Positions 5,253 to 14,033 of a stretch of DNA of 14,033 bases are shown piece after piece. The stretch comes from Limisphaerales bacterium (lineage in GTDB: Bacteria; Verrucomicrobiota; Verrucomicrobiia; Limisphaerales; JAJOIW01), in NCBI GenBank assembly GCA_965657355.1, contig CBFHOE010000001.1, positions 102,806 to 116,838 on the forward strand, given 5' to 3'. Under the pieces are notes generated by a model, which saw only the letters and a list, made by a program, of their open reading frames with translations, was not told the origin of the DNA and searched no databases. A program made the translations under genes and the position numbers. Each line of letters starts with the position of its first letter. The first letter of the stretch is position 1.

Positions 5253-6617
5253 TTATTTAATCAAAGCATCTTTTATCGATCTTATAAATAACTCCAAATT
5301 TCTGGAAGGTTTTAACAGCATAGCTTTGTCTAAAAATGGGATAGCCGCAGCTAATTTACCTTCCGCTACTTTCAGTTGCCCCAGAGCAATAAGAGCTTGC
5401 ACCTTGTAGTTTTTTATATGTGTCGCTCTTTCTATGTAGAACTCTGCTTTCTGGAATTCTTTTTCGTCGAGGTGGTATTGCCCGAGAAGCAATAGGCTTT
5501 TTCCATCAAGTGGATCCTTAGAAATTATTTTTTCGAGGATGTTCAAGGCGACTTCTGCAGATCCGGTATTCAATTCAATTTTGGCTTTCATGAACTGATA
5601 ATCTATTGATTTACCAAGCAAAGTTTTATTTCCGGTGACAGCGTTGATCGATTTCATCAAGGCATTTGCTTGCTTAAAATAATTTTGACTTAATAAGTTA
5701 TTTAGAGGCCTGAGAAGCTGGTTGGTATTTTGTTGGTTTCCATAATCAAGGGCTAGGGTGTAATATTTTGTAGCGAGTTCCGGTAGAGTTTTTTTCAAAA
5801 ATAAGTCTCCCAGCAAATTGAGGCTTTTCCAGTCCGACATCTCAAGGTCATGGAGGATTTGAAGATTGGCTATGGCTTTGTCCGTTTGATTCATTTCCAA
5901 ATAAGCACTGGCTTGAGCTGTCCAAAAGCTTGGTTCATTTGGTTCGTCTTGGATCAGTTCATCAAATAGCGCAATGGCACTTTTGCTTTGGTTGGTATTC
6001 AATAAGCACAGAGCCTGTCCTCTTTTAAAGTCGAAGCTATCTGGTTCAAACATTCTTGCCATCCGGTATGCACTGAGAGCAGATTCAAATTTTTCTCCAT
6101 TTAAATAAGAATAAGCCAAAAGCCCATAAGATTGAGCATCACCACCCCCCAATTCAATAACTTTCAAAAGGGGTTTTATTGCTTTTTCTAGTTTATCCTG
6201 TTGCACATAGCACAACGCAAGAGTTCGCCAGGACCGTCTAAGAGAGGGGAATTTTTTTAAAGACTGAATTAAATACTTTTCAGACTGCGTATAATCCTGA
6301 ATTTGATAATAAAGGTTGCCGAGAACATTGAGGAAAGCTGGGTTTGTATCAGATTCAATCGTCGATTCGATTATCTCTATCGCTTTCTGAGGATTATTTC
6401 CTATGTGTGGAAGAACCTTTTCCTGCAGTGGTCTATCTTTCTCAGATAATTTTGGTTCAATTGCAGGATTGATTCCATAACTCGCTAAAAACTTTTTGCG
6501 ATATTGAGAGCTTGCAGGATTCGAATCCGATAATTCAAACAAGTCGTCAGCAAAACATGGGTTTGGCTTTGCCAAACATGTGAGAATAAAAATCAAATAA
6601 ATGTATTTTCTGATCAT
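5253..6617 (-). CDS. Exported tetratricopeptide-repeat protein (TtpD-like member of a TonB2-type system)
   Basis: Signal-peptide-like N-terminus; multiple TPR-pattern helices (e.g. LNVLGNLYYQIQDYTQSEKYLIQSLKKFP, LLLLGQYHLDEKEFQKAEFYIERA); ATGA overlap with tonB. Confidence 0.88.
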   Translation of the reverse strand: MIRKYIYLIFILTCLAKPNPCFADDLFELSDSNPASSQYRKKFLASYGINPAIEPKLSEKDRPLQEKVLPHIGNNPQKAIEIIESTIESDTNPAFLNVLGNLYYQIQDYTQSEKYLIQSLKKFPSLRRSWRTLALCYVQQDKLEKAIKPLLKVIELGGGDAQSYGLLAYSYLNGEKFESALSAYRMARMFEPDSFDFKRGQALCLLNTNQSKSAIALFDELIQDEPNEPSFWTAQASAYLEMNQTDKAIANLQILHDLEMSDWKSLNLLGDLFLKKTLPELATKYYTLALDYGNQQNTNQLLRPLNNLLSQNYFKQANALMKSINAVTGNKTLLGKSIDYQFMKAKIELNTGSAEVALNILEKIISKDPLDGKSLLLLGQYHLDEKEFQKAEFYIERATHIKNYKVQALIALGQLKVAEGKLAAAIPFLDKAMLLKPSRNLELFIRSIKDALIK

Positions 6618-7306
6618 TGGCGCGGAGACTGAAGTGTTATTGGAAAACTACCTTTTACAGTAACTGGTTTTCCATTTATTCGGGTAATAGAGAATCTCGC
6701 TTGCAACGCTGCACGCTTTGCGGCTTCCCTCACTTTTGGATGATTATATGTTGATTTGAGAACCTTTACATCAGAGACATCGCCCGATTTGTTTATGACG
6801 ATTTCTAGAGTGACAACTACGCTTTTGATTCTGCGCTTCACCAGTTCTTTAGGAAATTCCATCCGTATTTGGTTGCCGTTAAGAAGAGTGGGAGCTTGCC
6901 CTAATTCATCGAAGTTAAATATTTTTTCAATATCTGTGGTGACTGAATAGGAGTCTATATTTGGCATTCTCAGGCTTCCCATGGCAAGGCCCACGCCCAT
7001 TCCCGGATTCAATGAAAAATCAATTTTTTGAAGTTGAATATCTTCGATTGGCTTTTCTATCGCAACCAGCTCCTCAAAGGCTTCGATTTCCATATTTTCT
7101 GATTCCATTTCTATTGGTTCTATTTTTGGAGGAGGAGGGGTGATCAGTGAGACTTCTCGGTATTCCAATACCTTTTCGTCAACTTCACTCAAGTTTTGAG
7201 TCAAAGGAATCAAAAGGAACAAAATGGATGAAATAAAGAGAGTGCCCAGGGCTGCCCAAAATCGAATCTTCTTAATGTTAGGATTTGAGGAATCAAAAAG
7301 GGTCAT
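6614..7306 (-). CDS. tonB: Energy transducer TonB family protein
   Basis: N-terminal TM helix, PPPPKIEP linker, C-terminal TonB domain (FP..L...V.LEIVINKSGDVSDVKVL...AA..A...ARF...NGKPV); follows exbD with an ATGA overlap. Confidence 0.85.
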   Translation of the reverse strand: MTLFDSSNPNIKKIRFWAALGTLFISSILFLLIPLTQNLSEVDEKVLEYREVSLITPPPPKIEPIEMESENMEIEAFEELVAIEKPIEDIQLQKIDFSLNPGMGVGLAMGSLRMPNIDSYSVTTDIEKIFNFDELGQAPTLLNGNQIRMEFPKELVKRRIKSVVVTLEIVINKSGDVSDVKVLKSTYNHPKVREAAKRAALQARFSITRINGKPVTVKGSFPITLQSPRQ

Positions 7307-7707
7307 TTTCGAGTGGCTAAATTTATGATTTGTGCACCTGCTTTGGCTGCTTCATCATGGACCTGAGAATATATATCAATGGATGAGCGTCGATCGGCCT
7401 GGACTATAACTGGCCGGTTGTTTTTATTGAGCAATCTTCGAACGACATTTCTAACACCCCTTACACCGATCTCTCTTCCGCCATAAAAAACTTTTCCTTC
7501 ATCTGAAATAGCAATTAATATGGATTCTTTTTCGAGTTGATCTGCTGTAGCCGCCTGAGGCTTTTGGACTTCAATTCCGGTTTCTTCAACAAATACCGTG
7601 GTAACTATAAAGAAAATTAGGAGAATGAAGACAATATCAATTAGAGGTGAAATATTAATTTCACTCGACTTGGTATTATTATCAAAAACTAACTTCCTTT
7701 CTTTCAT
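7303..7707 (-). CDS. exbD: Biopolymer transporter ExbD (134 aa; start moved to ATG 7707)
   Basis: EINISPLIDIVFILLIFFIVTT with the conserved TM Asp; VIVQADR; AAKAGA. ATG 7707 lies 5 nt beyond the upstream exbB stop, so the longer track start would overlap exbB. Confidence 0.93.
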   Translation of the reverse strand: MKERKLVFDNNTKSSEINISPLIDIVFILLIFFIVTTVFVEETGIEVQKPQAATADQLEKESILIAISDEGKVFYGGREIGVRGVRNVVRRLLNKNNRPVIVQADRRSSIDIYSQVHDEAAKAGAQIINLATRK

Positions 7708-7712
7708 GTTTA

Positions 7713-8342
7713 TTAATTCATTTTTGCAGTCAGAGATTCGGAATGGATTGGGCATCCTAGTCTTAAGGCCAGACACGTATTGTATCTTTCTAATCGAGCC
7801 AGAGACCTGCGTAGCCTGTTTCGCCGTTGGATGATGAGTGCGAGTATGGCCATCGCAGGTATACATACAATGAGTCCAGTTTGAGTTGTAATGAGAGCTT
7901 CGGAAATTCCGTTAGCGACATTACGAAACTTTTCTCCATTGCCTGTTATCATTCCATTAAAAGTGGAAAGCATTCCTGTGACAGTCCCCAATAGCCCCAT
8001 GAGAGGGCCGATTGAGATGAAGATGCTAAGAAAGCGAATGCGTCTATTAATTGGAAGCAGATACTGGTTTTGGAGTTGGTGAAAATGCCTTTTCACTTCA
8101 ATAACTCCGTTTGCAGCCTGACTCATAATTTTATTCAATGGAAAAGGGCCATTATTCAATTTCTCTGAGATTTCGTGGTCTGACATTTGGTGGATTTTGG
8201 ATCGAATTAAAAAATGAGTTTCTAATTCTAACCACAGGCCAAGTGAGGCGTAGTATATGAATAGTGTGAGCAGAAGGAGGGGAAACATCAGCCATCCACC
8301 ACTCATCCAAGTTTGATATATTTCCTGTGATACAGAATCCAT
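7713..8342 (-). CDS. exbB: MotA/TolQ/ExbB proton channel protein (ExbB2-like)
   Basis: GGWLMFPL, GPLMGLLGTVTGMLSTF and GISEALITTQTGL motifs. Confidence 0.92.
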   Translation of the reverse strand: MDSVSQEIYQTWMSGGWLMFPLLLLTLFIYYASLGLWLELETHFLIRSKIHQMSDHEISEKLNNGPFPLNKIMSQAANGVIEVKRHFHQLQNQYLLPINRRIRFLSIFISIGPLMGLLGTVTGMLSTFNGMITGNGEKFRNVANGISEALITTQTGLIVCIPAMAILALIIQRRNRLRRSLARLERYNTCLALRLGCPIHSESLTAKMN

Positions 8343-9760
8343 TATGATTTTATGGTAGGATCCAGGCTCGCATTTCTTCTTGAAAGGCCATTCAAGAAAG
8401 CGACTGATAGTTTTTCCATTTGAGCTAAAATTCCAGAGACCTTTCTTGAAAGTAAAGCATGAGCAACCAATGCCGGAATAGCGAGAACCAACCCGAGCTC
8501 TGTGGTGATCAGGGCCTCGGAGATACCAGAGATAAGTGGTTTGGGGTCGCCAGCTCCAAAAACTTCCATTAATTTGAATGTTTTAATAATTCCCGTCACT
8601 GTTCCCAACAGACCCAAAAGAGGAGCTGTAGCTGCCGTAACGGCTATAATATTTAAAAATCTTTCCAGTTTTGGCTGCACGCTCAGTATCGATTCAAACA
8701 TGACCTCCTCGACAAGTTCTGTGGATTCCTTTGCATTAGCTACCCCCTCCTTCAACATTAATCCCGATGGCCCAGGTTGCGAATTGGCCAATTCGTGAGC
8801 CCCATCATTGTCCCCATGGCGTATGAGCTTCACTATCTCATGAACTACTAAAGGATTAGGGTGCCTGATTGAAAAAATCTGAAGAAATTTATAAATGGCA
8901 ATAATCATAGAAAGAGCAGCAAAACACATAATTGGTATGACCCAAATACCACCTTTCTGAAGGTGTTCTGCCACCGTTTCCTTAGTTTTCTCAATGGCTA
9001 TCACGTCACCCAAAGTTGGGTCGATTGGCAATTCTCCCTCATCGCTCGATAGAAATACGGCAAGCTTATCTGTTTGACCTTTCTGAAGGGCAAATACTTT
9101 GGGCTGAAGGGATTGGGTTTCTTCGACCCATCCGGTAGCTCCCTCTGTTTCCGATGTAAAATACAATAAAGGGCCAACCTGGATGAAAATGCCATCTTGC
9201 AAAGAGCCCTGAGGATTTATTGCCTTTCCTTGAAATTTTTTTCCACCCAATAATCCATCAATCCTTTCCAGAGCAGTTTGGATATTTTGCAGAGAAGAAT
9301 TGAGTTTATCTTTTTCTGAGTTCTTAGCGTCTTCGAGGAACAGGTTGTGTTTTGATAAGCTTTCTCCGAATGTTGGTAATTCCCCAGCAGAAAGGGCCGC
9401 ATTGAAGGATGATTCAAATTCAGTGAATAGGTTGTTTGTGATGTAATCTATTTCCTGATTTTGTTTTTCAACTTTGTTGCTTAATTGTTCCAGACTTAAT
9501 GATGCCGTATCGCGGAGGCTTCGGCTTTTATCTAATTCATTCTCTACGCTATCTACCTCTTTTTTGAGTGATTCCAGTGCTTGGTTGAGAGGGATTTGCT
9601 GTTCATGAATATTTTGGCGTAATTGGATTAGCCTTTTGTTTGCATCTTCAAGTCGTTCTTGCTGCTTGAGATAAACCTTTTCTAGAGGTTCCTCTGCAGC
9701 TAGCAGCGGATGAAAAAGACTCAGTAAAAGAAAGAGGTAGAAATTTTTGCAATTTAACAT
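8342..9760 (-). CDS. Large MotA/TolQ/ExbB protein with signal peptide and periplasmic coiled-coil domain (TtpC-like)
   Basis: Signal peptide, long heptad-rich region, LPIDPTLG, GGIWVIPI, APLLGLLGTVTGIIKTF and GISEALITTELGL; stop/start overlap (TAATG) with the next exbB. Confidence 0.9.
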   Translation of the reverse strand: MLNCKNFYLFLLLSLFHPLLAAEEPLEKVYLKQQERLEDANKRLIQLRQNIHEQQIPLNQALESLKKEVDSVENELDKSRSLRDTASLSLEQLSNKVEKQNQEIDYITNNLFTEFESSFNAALSAGELPTFGESLSKHNLFLEDAKNSEKDKLNSSLQNIQTALERIDGLLGGKKFQGKAINPQGSLQDGIFIQVGPLLYFTSETEGATGWVEETQSLQPKVFALQKGQTDKLAVFLSSDEGELPIDPTLGDVIAIEKTKETVAEHLQKGGIWVIPIMCFAALSMIIAIYKFLQIFSIRHPNPLVVHEIVKLIRHGDNDGAHELANSQPGPSGLMLKEGVANAKESTELVEEVMFESILSVQPKLERFLNIIAVTAATAPLLGLLGTVTGIIKTFKLMEVFGAGDPKPLISGISEALITTELGLVLAIPALVAHALLSRKVSGILAQMEKLSVAFLNGLSRRNASLDPTIKS

Positions 9761-9771
9761 GTGAAATTTGT

Positions 9772-10599
9772 TTACTTCTCCGCTTTTTTTGTTGAGACAG
9801 GGAGGGAAATTAATTCGGGATCGAAAGTATTGTTTGTGATCATTGAGAGAATAGATTTCACTTTATCATTGAGTCCCTCTACTGGAATCCACTTCCATCC
9901 TTCTTTTGTCGGTAATCCAATTCCACTGTCCACTCCATCACTGGAAACGTAATAAGACGCCCCCAATCCGATATGAAGAGTTTTAATTTCTTTGGCATTT
10001 TTTTCGCCCTCTAGAAGTTCCTCTCCTGTCGTGACTGCTAAGTCAAAATTCTGGATTTCCGTAATAATTCCGATGACGTTCTGCAGTCTTGATGCGAGGC
10101 TAACCTGGTCAGTCTCTTCATTAAGTGGAAAACGTTTAACCATTGGGGCTAACTTACTTTGTAGAGGATTTGGTAGTTTGTATCTTAAGGTTTTTATGTG
10201 ATTTTCAAATGTGGTTACTTTTTCGCGAACAAGTGAAATGAGCTCTGCATTTGACTCTTTAGTTTTGAGTAACTCATTTCTTCTCAATGACGAGGCATCC
10301 GAGGCCAATTTTGTTTTATCGAGCTCTTCGTTTTTAATCTTTAATTCCTGCCGCAGGACATCGGCTAAGTTTTTGAGCAAGATCTTTTTTTCATTCCATT
10401 CAATAGATTCCTTCGAAATCGAGTTCTCTACTTCGATCCACTGAGAAACTGCATTTTTTACCTTTTCTGCTCGTTCGCCTCCACATAACTTGGATTCGAT
10501 TAGAGGAAAGAGATATAGGATAGCCACCAAGCAAAAATGCTTCGGGGTCCAGTCATGTATGTTGAATCTGCTCACGATGTGAATTTGCACAAGTTGCAC
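9772..10599 (-). CDS. DUF3450-like periplasmic coiled-coil protein (TtpB-like); exact start uncertain
   Basis: First gene of the operon. Hydrophobic N-terminal stretch, coiled coil, LP.PL, 'LASRLQNV', 'TLHIGLGASYYVS.DG', 'GWKW'. Position matches DUF3450 genes upstream of double-ExbB operons. Confidence 0.75.
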   Translation of the reverse strand: MQLVQIHIVSRFNIHDWTPKHFCLVAILYLFPLIESKLCGGERAEKVKNAVSQWIEVENSISKESIEWNEKKILLKNLADVLRQELKIKNEELDKTKLASDASSLRRNELLKTKESNAELISLVREKVTTFENHIKTLRYKLPNPLQSKLAPMVKRFPLNEETDQVSLASRLQNVIGIITEIQNFDLAVTTGEELLEGEKNAKEIKTLHIGLGASYYVSSDGVDSGIGLPTKEGWKWIPVEGLNDKVKSILSMITNNTFDPELISLPVSTKKAEK

Positions 10600-10625
10600 T
10601 ACTTTAAAAACAGGGAAAGCAAAAA

Positions 10626-10652
10626 AATATAATTCCTGCTATGAATTACATT
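10626..10652. promoter_or_regulatory. Imperfect inverted repeat in the divergent promoter region (candidate operator)
   Basis: AATATAATTC-N7-GAATTACATT with 9/10 arm match, between the TonB operon and the receptor gene. Confidence 0.3.
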
Positions 10653-10832
10653 ACCTCTATTCCCACATTGCAACTGTCGCCAAATTGCTTAAAACCTTCG
10701 CTTGATTGCTAAACCAAATATATTTTCTCAGAGATGTCACAGGCAAACTTTTATCAAATGCAATAGGCCGTTCAGATTGAGCAAGTGACCGTTAGCTTCA
10801 AAATATAGAATGACCTAGCTTATTTATGGATC

Positions 10833-13085
10833 ATGCAAATTAAAAAGTTCAAATTAATGACGACTGCGCTGATGGCGTTTGTGATTGGGTTTGTTAATCA
10901 GCACATTCGTGCACAAGAGAATCTCGATGAAATTGCCGGTCCTGCTGGCGTTCAGGAGTTAGCCCCGCTGACCCTAATCGGAAATGAGGCGGATCTTATC
11001 GACCTCCCGGGGGCTGGGTTTTATATCGATGAGAATGATATTAGAAAATACAATGACCTTAGCATAAATAGGGTTTTTCAAAAAATCCCCGGTGTCTATG
11101 TTCGAGAAGAAACTGGTTTTGGTAACTTCCCAAATATTTCCATACGAGGCGGAGATGGGACACGGAGTGAAAATATCACTATAATGGAGGATGGTATCCC
11201 GTCCGCCCCAGCCCCATATTCATCACCGTCTGCCTATTATTCCCCGAATGCTGCCAGAATGTCTGGCTTGGAGGTTTTAAAAGGATCAAGCCAAGTTAAA
11301 TACGGGCCACATTCTACAGGTGGAGTCATCAATTATTTATCAACCCCAATCCCTGACAGCCGAACATTATACATCCGCTCCACTTACGGATCCTTCAATA
11401 CTACCCTGAATCAAATATATTATGGTAACGTTGTTCAGGGCGACCACGGGAAATTGGGATACTTGACGGAGTTTTACTACAAAGGCTCAGACGGGTTTCG
11501 AGTAATAGATCAAGCACCGGGATATAGTGGTTCTGACAATACCGGATTTGACATGTATGAGCCTATGTTCAAAATTTTCTGGGAACCCAAAACAAGACTC
11601 AATCAAAGGCTTGAATTTAAATATGGATACACAGATTTTACTGCCAATGAAACATACGTAGGGCTTAGTGAGCAGGATCTCAATCAAACGCCATACCGAC
11701 GTTACGCTGGGACGCTCTTTGATAACATGTCCAGCCAACAAAATAGAACGTATTTAAAATGGATTATGGAGCCCAACGACGATCTCCTGATTGAAAATAG
11801 TTTATACTACAACGATTTCTCGAGAAATTGGTATAAAATAAGAAGGGCAGGGGGACAATCTATTCACCGGGTATTGGCCAGTCCCACTGCCTTCGCCAAC
11901 GAATTTGCTATCTTGCAGATGCAAGCCCCAGGCTCTCTTAGCATTAGGGCAAACGCGAGGGACTACTATGCGGCGGGATACCAATCGAATGTGTCTTACC
12001 ATTTCGATACGGGTGAATTTGGGCATACCATAGACATCGGTGGAAGATACCATTTCGATGAAGCTAGGAGGTTTCAAAGAGATGACACAATTACTGTGTT
12101 CGCTAACGGGGTAGCCCCTGCGGTAGCTCAAGGGGTGCCCGGTTCTGGAGGCAATAGGGTTCAAAACTCTGATGCCTTATCGCTGTATATCCAAGACTCC
12201 GTTGTCTTCCGCAACATAACTCTAAGCCCAGGTGTGAGGTATGAGTATATCGATATGAAATATACTGACTTTTTAAGCGACAATACCAATACCATCGATC
12301 GTCAGGGGAGTGGTTCCACAGATATAGTTGCTCCGGGCATAGGCGTTAATTACAAGGTCGACGAAGGTGCCGCGGTATTTGCTGGGGCATTCAAAGGTAT
12401 CTCGGCTCCGAATCCGCGCTCCTATGTAAGGTCTGGAGTCAATTGGGAAGAGAGCATTGGTTATGAAACAGGTGTTCGATATCAATCTGGCGCTTTTTAT
12501 GGAGAACTATCTGGCTATTTGACAGATTATAAGAATATTACCGGATCTGATGCCGGTCTCGGAGGATCAAACTCCTCGAATGCAGGAGAGGCTACTGTGA
12601 AGGGGGTAGAATTACTTTCCCAATATGACGTTTTTTTAGGAGAGGAATACGTTATTCCACTTTTCTTTTCTGGAACCTATACCGATGCCATTTTGGACAA
12701 TGCGCTCAGCTCTGGCGGGGGTGATGATATTTTCTCTGGGGGTCTTCCCGGGGCGGAAATTCCATACATACCAAAATGGCAAATGGCGTTTGGTATTGGT
12801 CTGGAAACAGATGATTGGACTCTGAATATATCTAGTACTTACCACTCTGATAGTTTCGGGACAGCGGCAAATTCTGAGTTGTCATCGTCAAGTTCCAGAC
12901 GAGGTAAAATAGATGGGGGCTGGATATCTGACTTTTCCTACTCTTATGCAATAAAAGAAAATCTTAGGCTTTTTGGAGGTATACAGAACCTTTTTGATAC
13001 CGTTTTGACAACCAGTAGAATCCCGGAAGGCCCTCGCGTGAACTCTCCCAGAATGTTTTACCTTGGTTTCGAGGCTGAATTATGA
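10833..13085 (+). CDS. TonB-dependent outer-membrane receptor, FecA-like family
   Basis: 750 aa. Signal peptide, plug motifs (KIPGVYVREETGFGNFPNISIRG, MEDGIPSAPAPYS.P.AYY, LEVLKGSSQVKYGP...GGVINY), beta-barrel pattern, C-terminal IQNLFD...PRMFYLGFEAEL. Substrate cannot be read from the sequence. Confidence 0.93.
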   Translation: MQIKKFKLMTTALMAFVIGFVNQHIRAQENLDEIAGPAGVQELAPLTLIGNEADLIDLPGAGFYIDENDIRKYNDLSINRVFQKIPGVYVREETGFGNFPNISIRGGDGTRSENITIMEDGIPSAPAPYSSPSAYYSPNAARMSGLEVLKGSSQVKYGPHSTGGVINYLSTPIPDSRTLYIRSTYGSFNTTLNQIYYGNVVQGDHGKLGYLTEFYYKGSDGFRVIDQAPGYSGSDNTGFDMYEPMFKIFWEPKTRLNQRLEFKYGYTDFTANETYVGLSEQDLNQTPYRRYAGTLFDNMSSQQNRTYLKWIMEPNDDLLIENSLYYNDFSRNWYKIRRAGGQSIHRVLASPTAFANEFAILQMQAPGSLSIRANARDYYAAGYQSNVSYHFDTGEFGHTIDIGGRYHFDEARRFQRDDTITVFANGVAPAVAQGVPGSGGNRVQNSDALSLYIQDSVVFRNITLSPGVRYEYIDMKYTDFLSDNTNTIDRQGSGSTDIVAPGIGVNYKVDEGAAVFAGAFKGISAPNPRSYVRSGVNWEESIGYETGVRYQSGAFYGELSGYLTDYKNITGSDAGLGGSNSSNAGEATVKGVELLSQYDVFLGEEYVIPLFFSGTYTDAILDNALSSGGGDDIFSGGLPGAEIPYIPKWQMAFGIGLETDDWTLNISSTYHSDSFGTAANSELSSSSSRRGKIDGGWISDFSYSYAIKENLRLFGGIQNLFDTVLTTSRIPEGPRVNSPRMFYLGFEAEL

Positions 13086-13472
13086 ACCTCATCAAAAGCG
13101 GCAACGATGATACGAGGCTTTTGGGGAATCATGACATTCTTTGGGGTTTTTTCATTTCATGCCCGAATCATGTAGGCCTGTCTCCCCGATAGAATTTTTA
13201 CCAAGTTGGAAAAATAAAGGAGAGACATTTAGAGATAATAATTTTTTTATCGCATGTCTTTATTTTATAATATCTGAAGTAACTGGGTTGCGCAGGTTTT
13301 TAAAAAATGCTTCCACACTCCTGAATTTGTTGGGTTACATAAAAAACCATTTCTGAAATTGTGGATTTTAAAGAATGATTCGGGAGCACTCCGATATTAC
13401 AGTCGTTGCAAGGCCTTGGATATTGCGGGTCTTGAAATATTCTTAATTCGAATATTATATAGATCGGTAGCT

Positions 13473-14030
13473 CTATCTAAGCATCTTAGCGATTTCTGGT
13501 CTCATAGTTTTTATTTTTTTATAGTCCATGGTAAATCCTACCGGGGCAAGTGCAGTTGCTAGGAAATCGTAGATGGGCTTCACTAACATGTAAGGTGCCT
13601 CAACTGATTGTAATGCCGTGGAGCCGGTGTTATCCTTTGCTGATTTATCAACCCCGGCGTCTAATAACAATTGAACAATCTCTTTCTCGCACATGAACGC
13701 AGCAATATGAAGCGCGGTAGTGCCGTCCTTATTTTGTTTATCCATATATGCTCCAGCGTCAATCAGTGCTTTGACGATTTCTGTGTGTCCAAATGACGAG
13801 GCGATCATTAGAGGCGTTGATCCTTTATCATCAGTTTGATCCAAGTCGGATTTATTTGATATATGACCTTCAACAGCTGCAATATCATTTCGAGTGCAGG
13901 CCTCAATGAGATTCACTGCTGGTTTATTTGCCGATGTCGTTTCTGATGACTCATTGCAGCCAGACATGAAAATCAGAATGGAAAATAAAAAAAACATCAA
14001 CCTATTGCATTTTGATAGCGGCATCTTCAT
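13473..14030 (-). CDS. Ankyrin-repeat lipoprotein
   Basis: Hydrophobic stretch plus lipobox-like MSG-C (Cys25); ankyrin repeats GSTPLMIASSFGHTEIVKALIDAGA and GTTALHIAAFMCEKEIVQLLLDAGVD, with partial flanking repeats. Confidence 0.88.
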   Translation of the reverse strand: MKMPLSKCNRLMFFLFSILIFMSGCNESSETTSANKPAVNLIEACTRNDIAAVEGHISNKSDLDQTDDKGSTPLMIASSFGHTEIVKALIDAGAYMDKQNKDGTTALHIAAFMCEKEIVQLLLDAGVDKSAKDNTGSTALQSVEAPYMLVKPIYDFLATALAPVGFTMDYKKIKTMRPEIAKMLR

Positions 14031-14033
14031 TAC

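Noticed and set aside
7708..7866. 53-aa N-terminal extension of ExbD in the track
   Set aside because: Overlaps the 3' end of exbB in another frame; ATG 7707 gives a normal-length ExbD.
10670..10745. Pho-box-like TGTC half-sites in the divergent promoter
   Set aside because: CTGTCG and ATGTCAC occur singly, without a convincing 11-bp tandem repeat.
6756..12845. Short antisense or alternate-frame ORFs inside the TonB operon and receptor
   Set aside because: All are nested in well-supported long genes and show no recognisable motifs.
13065..13085. Receptor ends in Leu rather than the usual Phe
   Set aside because: The alternating hydrophobic terminal strand (YLGFEAEL) is intact and terminal Leu is a tolerated variant; no sign of truncation.
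13086..13472. ORFs 13141-13356 and 13359-13562, and a weak hairpin at ~13088-13117
   Set aside because: TTG starts, no motifs, and one overlaps the ankyrin gene antisense. The CCTC-ATCA/TGAT-GAGG stem has a large loop and a bulge, too weak to call a terminator.

Overview
The window has two parts. (1) Positions ~7-4907 look like a decayed ~4.9-kb integrative island on the 5' side of a tRNA-Arg(CCG) gene (4883-4959). It is bounded on the left by a degenerate direct copy of the tRNA's first 25 nt (7-31, 20/25 identical). It contains a dead IS3-family element, an orphan ORF, a small H-NS-like pseudo-ORF overlapping an intact polysaccharide pyruvyltransferase-family gene, and a frameshifted, truncated tyrosine integrase. 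Between the last two, and absent from the ORF track, is a 56-codon ORF carrying a Cas9-type RuvC-I motif (IDENLTLGLDLGVGSCGLALV), with a divergent tracrRNA-like sequence immediately upstream. This is probably a fossil type II-C CRISPR-Cas9 module next to the integrase. (2) Positions 5253-14030 look like intact chromosome: a six-gene TonB2/TtpC-type energising operon (DUF3450, large ExbB/TtpC-like, ExbB, ExbD, TonB, TPR) on the minus strand, a divergent FecA-like TonB-dependent receptor, and an ankyrin-repeat lipoprotein. Integrase style and operon layout suggest a Verrucomicrobia-like host, which is inference only. All family comparisons are by eye and from memory; no searches were run.
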